Shown here: one piece after another, positions 34,924-45,130 of the stretch | Layout: each line of letters begins with the position of its first letter | Position numbering within the stretch: position 1 is the first letter of the stretch | Assembly: GCA_025558095.1 (NCBI GenBank) | Contig: JAIVFI010000042.1 | Coordinates: 393,036-457,035 of the forward strand | Source of the DNA: Hyaloraphidium curvatum SAG 235-1 | Lineage: Eukaryota > Fungi > Monoblepharomycota | Reading direction: 5' to 3' | DNA: 64,000 bases | Position numbers and translations under genes: made by a program | Notes under the pieces: generated by a model | What the model was told of the DNA's origin: nothing | Databases searched by the model: none | Seen by the model: only the letters and a program-made list of their open reading frames with translations

Positions 34924-35685
34924 TCAAGAACTCGAAGTTCGAAGACGGCGCCTCCAGGGTTTCGGCTTCTGCATCGCGAAGGGGAGCACGATGTCGACGA
35001 GCAGGTAGGTGAGGTCCAAGGCACCCCGGATTGTGCGCGTGTCGGCGGCCGTCGGCCAGTCCGGGGTCGCGACGAGGAGGACGAGGGCCGGGTTGGATGC
35101 CCCGCAGAGTGCGATGGTGTCTAGGAGGGAAACTTCGTCGGCGATGCGCTTCCGCAGCGGCTGCGAGAGGCCGGCGCCCTTCACGAGCAGCAGGGCCGTC
35201 ATCGTGGGGATCCACAGCAACACCCAGAACGGCGTCGGATCGCAGGCCCCCAGGTCGCCCTTGGTGAGGTCGTCGGCGCACGTCTCCATCTGCTCCACGG
35301 TGGGAAAGCCCCAGGCGGTGCGCAAGGAGGGATCGAGGAACGCCTCCGCGTACCGGCGCGCCACGGCGAGCGACTGCTGCAGCGTGCGGCCCAGAACGTG
35401 CTGGGCGACGTCCTCCGGGGGAAGCGCCGTGGCCGGGGCGCCTTGTTTTTCCAGAAAGAAAGGCGCCAGAACGCCGCGCTCGCTCCACTCGAAGGCGCCG
35501 TCGGTGACCAGCCCGAACAGCAGCGCGCGAGCGGCGTGCAGCTCCTGCTCGCAGGCCATCGAGGGGCCCTGCGCGGGCTCTTCAGCCAGCCTGGACCGCG
35601 GGAGCGTCGGGCCGCCTTGCATCTTGTTGACGAGCTCTTCTAGGCCGACCGTCGCGCCGGTGAGGTGGCCCTCGACCGCAGCCAC
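34924..35685 (-). CDS. Hypothetical protein; 5' part appears overrun by the tandem array
   Basis: 253-codon open frame with protein-like composition and codon bias; upstream frame is closed by a TGA in the first array unit. Confidence 0.45.
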   Translation of the reverse strand: MAAVEGHLTGATVGLEELVNKMQGGPTLPRSRLAEEPAQGPSMACEQELHAARALLFGLVTDGAFEWSERGVLAPFFLEKQGAPATALPPEDVAQHVLGRTLQQSLAVARRYAEAFLDPSLRTAWGFPTVEQMETCADDLTKGDLGACDPTPFWVLLWIPTMTALLLVKGAGLSQPLRKRIADEVSLLDTIALCGASNPALVLLVATPDWPTAADTRTIRGALDLTYLLVDIVLPFAMQKPKPWRRRLRTSSS

Positions 35686-35686
35686 G

Positions 35687-36700
35687 AAAGTAAGCTCGGG
35701 TTGCTCGGGAGCGTCTTTTCAGAGCGGCATGCCGGATCCTTGGGGCAGGAGGCGCGGTCTTCGGAGGATGATCGGGGTGGCCATCACGGCCGGAACGTGG
35801 GACCCTCCATGCCGGCGCGCCAAGCAACGGATTCGACGCAAAGTAAGCTCGGGGCGCTCGGGAGCGTCTATTCAGAGCGGCATGCTGGATCCTTGGGGCA
35901 GGAGGCGCGGTCTTCGGAGGATGATCGGGGTGGCCATCACGGCCGGAACGTGGGACCCTCCATGCCGGCGCGCCGCGCAACGGAATCGACGCAAAGTAAG
36001 CTTGGGTTGCTCGGGAGCGTCTATTCAGAGCGGCATGCTGGATCCTTGGGGCAGGAGGCGCGGTCTTCGGAGGATGATCGGGGTGGCCATCACGGCCGGA
36101 ACGTGGGACCCTCCATGCCGGCGCGCCGCGCAACGGAATCGACGCAAAGTAAGCTTGGGTTGCTCGGGAGCGTCTATTCAGAGCGGCATGCTGGATCCTT
36201 GGGGCAGGAGGCGCGGTCTTCGGAGGATGATCAGAGTGGCCATCGGGGCGGGCTGATGGGACCCTCCATGCCGGCGCGCCGCGCAACGGAATCGACGCAA
36301 AGTAAGCTCGGGGCGCTCGGGAGCGTCTATTCAGAGCGGCATGCTGGATCCTTGGGGCAGGAGGCGCGGTCTTCGGAGGATGATCGGGGTGGCCATCACG
36401 GCCGGAACGTGGGACCCTCCATGCCGGCGCGCCGCGCAACGGAATCGACGCAAAGTAAGCTTGGGTTGCTCGGGAGCGTCTATTCAGAGCGGCATGCTGG
36501 ATCCTTGGGGCAGGAGGCGCGGTCTTCGGAGGATGATCGGGGTGGCCATCACGGCCGGAACGTGGGACCCTCCATGCCGGCGCGCCAAGCAACGGATTCG
36601 ACGCAAAGTAAGCTTGGGTTGCTCGGGAGCGTCTATTCAGAGCGGCATGCTGGATCCTTGGGGCAGGAGGCGCGGTCTTCGGAGGATGATCGGAGTGGCC
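35687..36700. repeat. Tandem array, 153-bp unit, about 6.6 copies
   Basis: AAAGTAAGCT recurs at 35687, 35840, 35993, 36146, 36299, 36452 and 36605; units nearly identical. Confidence 0.97.
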
Positions 36701-37000
36701 CCGCCTCGTCGAACGTGCCCCACGACACGGCCATTTGAAGAGCCGTGCAACACAGTGTTTGCAAATGCGAGGAGCAGCCTAACGCTGGGAACGTAAAGTG
36801 GCGAGGCGAGGGGTGCGGCCGAGTGCTCCGTGTTGAGAAGCCTCCTGGCCGCGGGCGACTATCTCGCTCATCAGTTCTCTACTCCCGGGGCTATTCACCC
36901 CTCCACCGCTGATCACACAATGGAAAAGCAGAAATCCGTAGCCTCGTGGACAACAGCGCGCAGAGATGCGCACACAAAGAACGTTCCTCTTCCGGTCGGC

Positions 37001-39337
37001 CTACAACGACCCCGCCCCTTCGTCCCCGGTCCGTGCCCTCTCGTAGCCCATCCTCAGCCTCCCCAGCAGCGTCGCCATCGCCGCCTCCACCCCGCTCCCC
37101 GCCATCTCCCTCCCCCCCGCCTGCTCCCCCTCCGCATCGTCCGCCCCGCGCCCGTACTCCTCGCTCCCCCACGTCTCCGCAACCTGCACCTCCCCGCCGA
37201 ACCGCACCCGCCTCCCGGGCCCGTAGGCCGGCAGCTCCGCCAGCCTGTCGCCGCCACCCTCGGGATCCGGCGTGCCCCCACGTGCCCGCTCCGCCGCGCA
37301 GGCCCAGCACGCGCCCCTCTCCCCTTGCGGAACATGCGGGCACCCCGACGCGGCGCGCTGCGCGGCGTAGAGCGCGGAAAAGTCCGCGCGGGAGAGCGAC
37401 GCCCGTGGCGAGGACAGGAACCGCTCGAGCATCAGCCTCAGCTCGGCGTGCGCGGCGCGGTCGGTGGCGTCCAGAAGCGCGAAGCACGCGCGGATGTCCT
37501 CCCGCAGCGCGGCGTAGGCGCCGGCTTCGGCTTCCCCGCTGGGTGCGGGGAGCCGCTTGGCCACCAGCACCAGCAGCCACGCCGCGTGCGCCGCTGCGAA
37601 GCACGCGATCGGCACCAGTATGCTCCCCGCGAGTGCCGGCCGCGGGATGGACCGCGCGATGGCGCGCGAGATGGCGGCGGTCTCGGCGCAGAGCAGGAAC
37701 GCCGAGGAAAAAGCGGGGGAGGAGAAGTACAGCCTGCGGAGGGCTGAGGTGTGGGTGTCGGTGCCGTCGGGGGAGGCGGCGGGGGGACGGGGGGAGCCGG
37801 GGGGGCCGTCGACAGAGGCCGAGCCCGAGGCGTCGGAGGTGTTGTCCCCGGAGCCGTCCCATCCGCCGTCGCCGGCCTCCTCCCCATCCTCCGAATCGGA
37901 TCCAGAATCGGATCCGGAATCGGATTCGGAATCCGAATCGCCCCGCAACCTTGGCCCAGGATCGTCCTCCACCTGGTCCGGCGACACTAGGAGCAGCCGC
38001 ACCCGCCACAGGTCCATCAGCTCCGCCAGCAGCTGCACCCTCGACGCGTCGCCCGAAAAGTAGGGGCACTCGGCGTCCAGCGCTGCGAAATCGGCGGAGC
38101 GGAAGGCGGCGGAGAGGCCCGGCGGCAGGGCGGCGGTGAGCGCGCCGACGGCTTCGGAGAGGAAGGCGAGGCGGCGCAGGGATTCTCCCAGCAGGGGGTT
38201 GGCCAGCGCGGCGCGGACGCGCGCGGGGTCCAGGTCCGCCAGAGCGGGGTGATCGCCCGCCCCCGGGTCGCCGCCGGCAGCGGCGGCCCTCCGCAGCTCG
38301 CCCGCGACGAACAGCTCCAGCATCGACAGCCCCGCCTCGTCGGCGACGAACCGCCGCAGCTCGTGGACCTGCCTGAACGCCAGCGCGACCATCATCCACA
38401 GCCTGCCGGCGGCAAAGTACTTGAGGTCCGTCACGTAGGTCCCCAGCATGCCCGCTCGGACGGCCGGGTCCACCGGCGGGGAGAGGTTCGGGTCCAGCCA
38501 CCCGATCAGGTCGCGGCACGTCCCCCTCGTGCGCAGCATGCACTCGGCAAGCACCTCCGGCACGGGCCCGTTGGCCCGCCTCCGCGAGGGCGGGGGCACG
38601 GCGCGGTGCACGAGCTCGCTGGGGAGCGCCACGGGGACGTCCGGGAACGCGGCGGCGGGGTCGAGCACGGCCCTCGTGCCGGCGACGGGGCCGATGCGGA
38701 CGCCGAAGAAGCACGCGGCGTAGAAGACGTTGAGCCCGATCTCGTCCATCAGCAGGTCGTCGGCGCCGTACTCGGGGGGAGGGGGTCGGCCGCGCGGGGG
38801 GGAGGGCAGCCCGGCGGCGCGCCAGATGTCGGCCAGCTGCGATAGGATTGCCTTGGCTGCGTCTATGCGCATCATGTGGAGGTACACGCCCGAGGCGGCG
38901 AGGATGGCGGCCCACTGGAGGGCGAGGCAGCGCGGCGTGCGGAGGTGCGGCTGCGGCGGGGCGGCCGGGGCGCCCTTGGCCGGGCGGCGGTGCGGTGCCG
39001 CCTCCCAGAAGGCGGCCAGCTCGCGGCGCAGCAGGGAGTCGAAGCGGGCCTCGAGCCGCTCGACGAGGGCGCCGTCGACCGCCGCGCCGACGTCCACTCC
39101 GGCGGCCGACGCCGCCAGGAGGGCGTAAGCGCCCAGCCAATCGACCACTGCGACCATTATGTCCGCGGTATAGAATTCCCTGAGTGCCGGGTGCGCCGCC
39201 GGGGGTTCGGGCCCGTTGAGCTCGAGGAACGCGGCGCCCGACAGGATCGAGATGTCGGGCGGCCCCGTCGAGAACATCGCCCCGACGAACGCCTGGCGCT
39301 CGCGGAACCCTATTTCGGGGATGCTGACGTCGCTCAT
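37001..39337 (-). CDS. Fungal transcription-factor middle-domain-like protein without Zn cluster; C-terminal CPH..CWAC and RVxF motif (778 aa)
   Basis: Intronless ORF, paralogous to 54430-56799 (GWLDP, LELF/VELL, NPLL/HPLL, FLLCAETAAIS/FADAARSAMAIS, CPH-x5/6-G-x-CWACAAE, RRVRF). Confidence 0.7.
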   Translation of the reverse strand: MSDVSIPEIGFRERQAFVGAMFSTGPPDISILSGAAFLELNGPEPPAAHPALREFYTADIMVAVVDWLGAYALLAASAAGVDVGAAVDGALVERLEARFDSLLRRELAAFWEAAPHRRPAKGAPAAPPQPHLRTPRCLALQWAAILAASGVYLHMMRIDAAKAILSQLADIWRAAGLPSPPRGRPPPPEYGADDLLMDEIGLNVFYAACFFGVRIGPVAGTRAVLDPAAAFPDVPVALPSELVHRAVPPPSRRRANGPVPEVLAECMLRTRGTCRDLIGWLDPNLSPPVDPAVRAGMLGTYVTDLKYFAAGRLWMMVALAFRQVHELRRFVADEAGLSMLELFVAGELRRAAAAGGDPGAGDHPALADLDPARVRAALANPLLGESLRRLAFLSEAVGALTAALPPGLSAAFRSADFAALDAECPYFSGDASRVQLLAELMDLWRVRLLLVSPDQVEDDPGPRLRGDSDSESDSGSDSGSDSEDGEEAGDGGWDGSGDNTSDASGSASVDGPPGSPRPPAASPDGTDTHTSALRRLYFSSPAFSSAFLLCAETAAISRAIARSIPRPALAGSILVPIACFAAAHAAWLLVLVAKRLPAPSGEAEAGAYAALREDIRACFALLDATDRAAHAELRLMLERFLSSPRASLSRADFSALYAAQRAASGCPHVPQGERGACWACAAERARGGTPDPEGGGDRLAELPAYGPGRRVRFGGEVQVAETWGSEEYGRGADDAEGEQAGGREMAGSGVEAAMATLLGRLRMGYERARTGDEGAGSL

Positions 39338-40035
39338 CGTGGGGCGGCGCGGGGCAGGGGTCCGGGGGAGGGGCGGCCGCTAGTGGGGGACAGGAGCGGC
39401 CGAGAAGGGATCCGGATCTTGGACCCTCGGGAGGCGGTCAGGGGTTCCGGGCTCCGCCCCCTGCCGGACCCGCCAGGAACTCGGGCACGGCTGGATTTCG
39501 ACGCGCACGGTGCCCCCTCGGTCGGCCGCCCTGGCGGTCCCCGCCGGCCGCCCGTGGCGCTCACCAGCCCCGACCAGTCGCATTTAGCCCCCCATCCCGC
39601 ATCGCCGCAACCCCACCTCCGACTCGGAGGTGCGGCAAGGGACCATCGACTGTCGAAGAAACTGACGGCGGCGTCGGCCATCCAGGTCCCTCTCGATGGT
39701 TTTCGGCCGGAAACGGAAGGCTGGGCGGCCACTTCGGGCAAGAGCATCTTCCCAGCACCCCTCGATGGCTCTCCACCCGCATTCCGCACGGGCCCCTGAC
39801 GGGCCCGATTCGCACTGATTTTGGATCATCCTCTGTCCCTTTTCGTCGGCGGTTCGGATGGATTCTGCCTGGTTGTTCCCTAGGATTCGGCCGACCGTCC
39901 CCACTGCGCGAATCTGGAAGTGCCTCGCGAGCCACCCGAGGCATTCCGTGAACCCGAGGGCCTCGGTCACGCCCTCCGGGAAGCCATCCCTCGCGTCCGG
40001 CGACCGCGTCGGACGTGCGGCGCGTCCTCCGCGGA

Positions 40036-40812
40036 ATGCCTGCGCCCACTTCCATCCCCCTCGCGCTCCCCTTGTTCGCGCTCCTCGCCCTCCTCGCCGC
40101 GTTCCCCCTCCTACCCTCGCTCTCCCCTTCGATGCCACCCCCGCGGCGCGTGCTCGCGGTCGGCGACTCGCTGACCGAGGGATTCACTGCGGGCGGCGCG
40201 GTGTTCCACCCGTACGCGATCCGCCTGCGCGCCCTCCTCGCCGAACGCTTCCCGGACGATAAGTTCGAGGTGGAGGTGCTGGGATTCAGCGGGTTTCGCT
40301 CGCGGGAGGTCCGCGGGCGGCTGGACGCGCATTTCGCCCGCAACCGGGACGCGCAGTTGGGTTACGCGGCGGTGATGTGTGGGACCAACGACGCCGGCGA
40401 TCTCGCTTCCCTGCCCGAGCGGTCGTTCCCGGCCGCGTTGGATGCCGTGGTCGCAGAGCTGGAGGCGATGCACGAAGCGGTGATCGCCCGCGGGGCGAAG
40501 CTGCTCGTGATGAACCTGCCCGACGTCTGGGCGGGCGGCGCGGCGGCCAGCCCCGTCTATTTCGCGCGGAGGGACCAGCTGCGTTCCCGCATCCGGGTAC
40601 TGGCAGAACGATACTCCAAGGAAGGCAAGCCGGTCGCGTACCTCGACCCCGAGCCGCTGATCCCGCTGCGGGAAGGCACCACTCGCATCGCGGACGACCC
40701 GCGGAAGAGGGGCAACTGGGACAGGGACGGACTTCACATGACCGCGAAGGGGTACGACGCGCTGGGGGAGCTGGTGTTCGGGAAGCTGTTTGACGAGGCG
40801 GAACCAGGGTGA
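40036..40812 (+). CDS. SGNH/GDSL hydrolase with N-terminal signal or anchor
   Basis: Blocks GDSLTEG, GFSG, GTND, DGLH. Confidence 0.9.
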   Translation: MPAPTSIPLALPLFALLALLAAFPLLPSLSPSMPPPRRVLAVGDSLTEGFTAGGAVFHPYAIRLRALLAERFPDDKFEVEVLGFSGFRSREVRGRLDAHFARNRDAQLGYAAVMCGTNDAGDLASLPERSFPAALDAVVAELEAMHEAVIARGAKLLVMNLPDVWAGGAAASPVYFARRDQLRSRIRVLAERYSKEGKPVAYLDPEPLIPLREGTTRIADDPRKRGNWDRDGLHMTAKGYDALGELVFGKLFDEAEPG

Positions 40813-41424
40813 GCGGAGGGCGGTGCCGGGTACTTTCCGGCCTGGACAACTTCCGTCGACACGACGGGTGCTCCGGCTGCTGGGCTGGAGTGCCTCGCGT
40901 GCTGTTTGCGGCTCCTCCCGGAAGCCCCCGCCCGCCTGAGCGAAGCCGAATGGTGCGCTTGAGGCGGAAGATTTCGGCACGGTTAAGCTGCGACATGCCG
41001 ATAGCGAGCGCGTCCGAGCCCTCATGGCCGATTTCATGAGCAACCATCCGGCACCGCTCACTTGACTTTTCGCTCGCGGGACCGCCGCCCGCAGCCTCGG
41101 ACTGGTCATCGGCCTGTCATCGGCCAAATCCGCCTCGAGCTTCGTGATCTGCGAGGGGTGGTCGGCTTTCTGCTTCTCGGGCTCCAGGAGGCTCCGGCCA
41201 GCTCGACGCTGCGACCGCGACTGCCAGAGGGCGTACTGGAAGCAACACAAAAGGGTCTGCGCCGGCACAAGGACCTAATCACGCGATGGACTGCAAGGGA
41301 CTGCCCTTGGGCAGAAAGGTGCGTGGGGGACAGGCGGGGCGGGTCGACGTCCTTTCAAACGCGCGAACACTATAGGCGGGATCCATCAGTCAACGGCGGG
41401 GAACAGATCTACAACGGTCTCCGT

Positions 41425-43270
41425 CTAGAATCTGGAAATGAGCAGGCGGGAGGATTTGAGCGAGTTCCTACACAGAAGCCCCATGCGCGGAACCCACAGC
41501 TTCATAATCTCCCTGTCCATGTCCGCGGGCGTCATGGCGCCCCACCGCTTGGCCTCGTGCCTCCTCAGGAAGACTGGACACGGGCGTAAGCTGAGCAAAG
41601 CGCCCAACGGGCGACGACCCACCGATGCCCTTGGCCAGCGGTCCCAGCGCCTCAGCCAGCACCGCGTCCTTCTCGAAGATGTCCGTCGCCTCCTCCAGCG
41701 ACCCCGGCACCGGATATACCCCCTGCTTGGCCAGCTCCTCCGCGCCGACCCTGAAATCCAGCGACTTGACGGGCGGCGGCAGCTTCATCCCCTTTTCGAG
41801 GCCGTCGATCCCCGCCGCCAAGAGCCCCGCCAGCACCGCGAACGGGTTCCCCGTGCAATCCGAGAACCGCCACTCGACGTCCCGCGCGCCTTCCCTGTTA
41901 GTCGCGAGGCGCAGGCACGCGTCGCGGTTCTCCAGGCCCCAGCAGGTCCAGCCGCCCGCCAGCATGCCGGGCTTGGCGCGGACGTACGACGGCACCGAGG
42001 GCAACGACACGGCGCAGAGCGCGCGGGCGTGGGAGAGGATGCCGGCGACGAAGGAGGCGCCGATCTCCGAGAGCCCGTGCGGCGAGGAGGAAGAGGGGAA
42101 CACGTTGCGGCCGGTGGAGAGGGAGCGCAGGCTGAGGTGCACGTGGCAGCCCGTGCCGATTTCCTCGCGGAGGGGCTTGGGGGCAAAGGTGGCGTTTACG
42201 CCGAGGTTGCGGGCCGCTGTGGGTCCACAACACCGAGGATCGAGTCGGTTGTCAGGTGCGATCGGCGGAAGGCGACGGCGGAAACCCACTCCCGCGAATC
42301 ACTTCCCTCGTCAGCAGCAGCTCGTAAGCGCACCGATTCGCCTCGCTAGGATCCGTCGCGATCTCGAACTGCCCCGGCCCGATCTCGCTGTGCGCGTCGT
42401 ACACCCCGATCCCCGCCGCCTTGACGGCCAGGATGAGTTCCTCGAAGATCCGGCCTGCGCGGCCGTACAATGCCCAGGCGGCGCCGTACAGGGTGCGGTC
42501 AAAGGGAATGGGGCCGTTGGTGGCGGGGTCGGTGTCGTCGTAGAGGTACTGATCACGGTGCGAGGGGCGCGGTCAAAAAAGTGATCCTCGAGACAAGGGG
42601 CGATAGAGATCGGGTCGGTGACACCCACGAACTCGGACTCGGTGCCGCAGATCATCTCCAGCCCCCACTTGTCGCGCAGCTTCTCGGTCAGCAACCTCAG
42701 TACATTGCGGGGGTCGTAGTTCCACAGCACCGTCTCGGGCCCCGGGGCTGTCCAATCGCGGCGATCCCAAAAGTCAGCACTCGCCCACAATAACGGCGCG
42801 GGCCGACAAGACCACCCACTCCGAAGGATGGTGTTGCCCATCACGATCGCCTGACCCGGCGCGTGCGGCAGGTACCGGAACGTCGTCCAGTCGGGGAAAA
42901 AATCGAGCTCCTGCTCCAGATCCACCAGGCCGGCGTCTATGATCCCGGGTGCCGGCTCGTCCTCCCCCAGGCCGAACGAGTTGAGCGCCGGGACGAGGTT
43001 GCGGCCCTTGACCGCATGGCGCGCGAAAAACACGTCCGCGGGGACCAGGTAGGTAAGGAGGGAGGCGGAGCTTGCCAAGAAGCACATCCTGACGATCCGC
43101 ACGCCGTCCCGGGCGCACTGCGCGGCGAGGGCGGCGGCGTCGGCGGCGACGGGGAACGCGCCCGGTGGAGAAGTGAGCCGCACGGCGGGCTGCGGCGGCG
43201 TCCACGCGGTCTCGGCGGGTGCGGAGAGATGCGCGGCGGTGGCCGCGAGGCGGGCGGACGCGCCGGACAT
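41425..43270 (-). CDS. Glutamine-synthetase-family ligase (GS type I / FluG C-terminal / gamma-glutamyl-amine ligase-like), multi-exon
   Basis: PDWTT, GTESEF, HSEIGPGQFEI, TFAPKP, GTGCHVHLSL, WGLENR, EWRFSDCTGNP. Confidence 0.88.
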
Positions 43271-44392
43271 GGCGGTGGGCGGAGTTGGCGAGATTGGCGG
43301 CGGGGGACAGTCGTTGGCGGCGGGGAGTCACTCCGATCGGCATCCGTTCCGCCTTCCGAGCCGCGCCCACTCGCCTGGGACACTGGGACACCGGCGGGCG
43401 GAAAGTCAACACGAGACATGATATTGTTGTTGGAACCTGCGATCCGCAGGAATCTGTCGATAGGGGCGGTTCACCACCCGCCGACACGGCCGCCGAGTCA
43501 CTAGCGCGGAGTGGCACAGCCGTCGTATTGTGTTCGAGCGAAGCCCGTTGGGCAATAAAGGATGGCAGCTCACGGGTGCTGCGCATTGGGCTTGAGATGT
43601 AGGGCGAAGGTCCTCACTCTTTGGCTCCTCCCTGGGGCCCGTCGCCCGGCCGCCGACGCCAGCCAGAGTCATGCGCGCCGCCCACCGCGAGCCGCGATTG
43701 GCGGCGATGTCGATCCGACGTCTCTCATGGATTTCGGCCCCGGAGTGGATGCCCCGCTCGATCCCTCGAACCGCATGGGTCGTTTGGTGCCCGAGGGCAC
43801 GGAATCCCAAGCGGATGAGGGCCGGCCGCGCCTGGAACGGCCGGCCATGGGCGCCAACCGGAGGAGTGCGGCGAATGCTGGCGCCCGCGTTCCGCCGTCG
43901 GCCAAACCGCCGACACCTTTCCGCGACGAAGTCCCGTGCGAGCGGGATCCCCTTGGTCTCCTGGGCCCGGCGGCGGCCACAGGGTAGGGCCGACGCAGAA
44001 GGACCTGGACCCGATGAGAGCGAAGCGAGGTCCGGGCCGCAGCCATCCGCAGAAGCCGAGCCTCGGACACGCTGCGGTGGGAGATGGACCGTGGTTTCCG
44101 ACCGATAAGAGGGCGAACAGTGGTGTGCAACGCGAGGACGGCGCCGGTCCCCACGGTGGTTTCGGCTCCGGGCCTAGTCACCGCGGTTTCCGATCGGCGA
44201 GTGGCCAAGGCAGCGAGCGAGCGACTAGGGGTTGCGGGATGCGCCCGGACGGGCAGACGGCCCTTTCCGTCCCATCCGGTCGGGCTGGCCGGCGGCGGAT
44301 GCGAGGGGCCGAGCGTGCGCGAACGGGGCGCGACATCGGATTCCGCGCCGATTCTGGCGAGCCGGGCGCCGTTCGGCTTCCCCCGATCGCCG

Positions 44393-45130
44393 ATGTCGGC
44401 GCCGCGGCGCCGCGTGGCGTGCCTCAACTGCGCGCAGGCGCACCTCAAGTGCGACCGCGTGCGCGACGGCTGCGGGCGGTGCGCGAGCCGCGGCGAGGAG
44501 TGCGTGTACCCAAGAAACCCGGGACAGCCGCCGGCGCCCGCGCCCGCCGCGGCCACCAGGGGCAGAGGTCCCGCGGCGGGGACGGCGCACGCCGGCCGCA
44601 ATCCCGTCGCCGGCCCGAGCGGCTGGCCGCACGCCCCCGCGCCGCCGTTCGCCGGACCCGCACCGCCCGCGCCGCCGGGACCCATCGCGGCCGGCTACCC
44701 TCCCCATTACCCGCCCCAGGGGTGGCTGCCCCCGCCTCCGGGGCAGGGGATGCCGCCCTTCCTGCCGGGACACCCGCCGCCGCAGTGGCTTCCCCCCGGC
44801 TGGCCTCCGGTTCCCGTTTCCGTGCCAGAGGGGCAGCCCTGGCCCCCACCGGGCCGGGGACCGCCGTGGCAGGGGTGGCAAGCACATCCCCCGCAGCAGG
44901 CACAATGGCTGCCCCCGGCGGGAGGGGAAACGGACCGCCCCGCGTCGGCGGGATCGTCCTCGCACCGCTCACGCTCCGAGTCGCCGGAACCCGACCCCGA
45001 CCCGCAACGGGAGGGCTCGCCGCCCGCGCCGGGCAGGATGTCGCTGGCCTTTTTGCTCGGAAGCGGGGGCGGTGGGCGGAAAAGGGAGCCAGAAGGCGGT
45101 GCGGTGCGGGATGGGGGCCCAGAACGGTGA
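44393..45130 (+). CDS. Short Zn(II)2Cys6 transcription factor (245 aa), Pro-rich
   Basis: ACLNCAQAHLKCDRVRDGCGRCASRGEECVYP; C-terminal GRMSLAFLL. Confidence 0.9.
   Translation: MSAPRRRVACLNCAQAHLKCDRVRDGCGRCASRGEECVYPRNPGQPPAPAPAAATRGRGPAAGTAHAGRNPVAGPSGWPHAPAPPFAGPAPPAPPGPIAAGYPPHYPPQGWLPPPPGQGMPPFLPGHPPPQWLPPGWPPVPVSVPEGQPWPPPGRGPPWQGWQAHPPQQAQWLPPAGGETDRPASAGSSSHRSRSESPEPDPDPQREGSPPAPGRMSLAFLLGSGGGGRKREPEGGAVRDGGPER

Noticed and set aside
35687-36700. CRISPR-like array
   Set aside because: Units are contiguous near-identical 153-mers with no unique spacers and no cas genes; eukaryotic context.
37890-37940. 12-bp quasi-repeat (GAATCGGATCCG-like)
   Set aside because: Encodes an ordinary DSDSESDSGS acidic linker.
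40900-41270. Possible small minus-strand coiled-coil gene (QITKLEADLAD...)
   Set aside because: I could not build a convincing start or exon structure.
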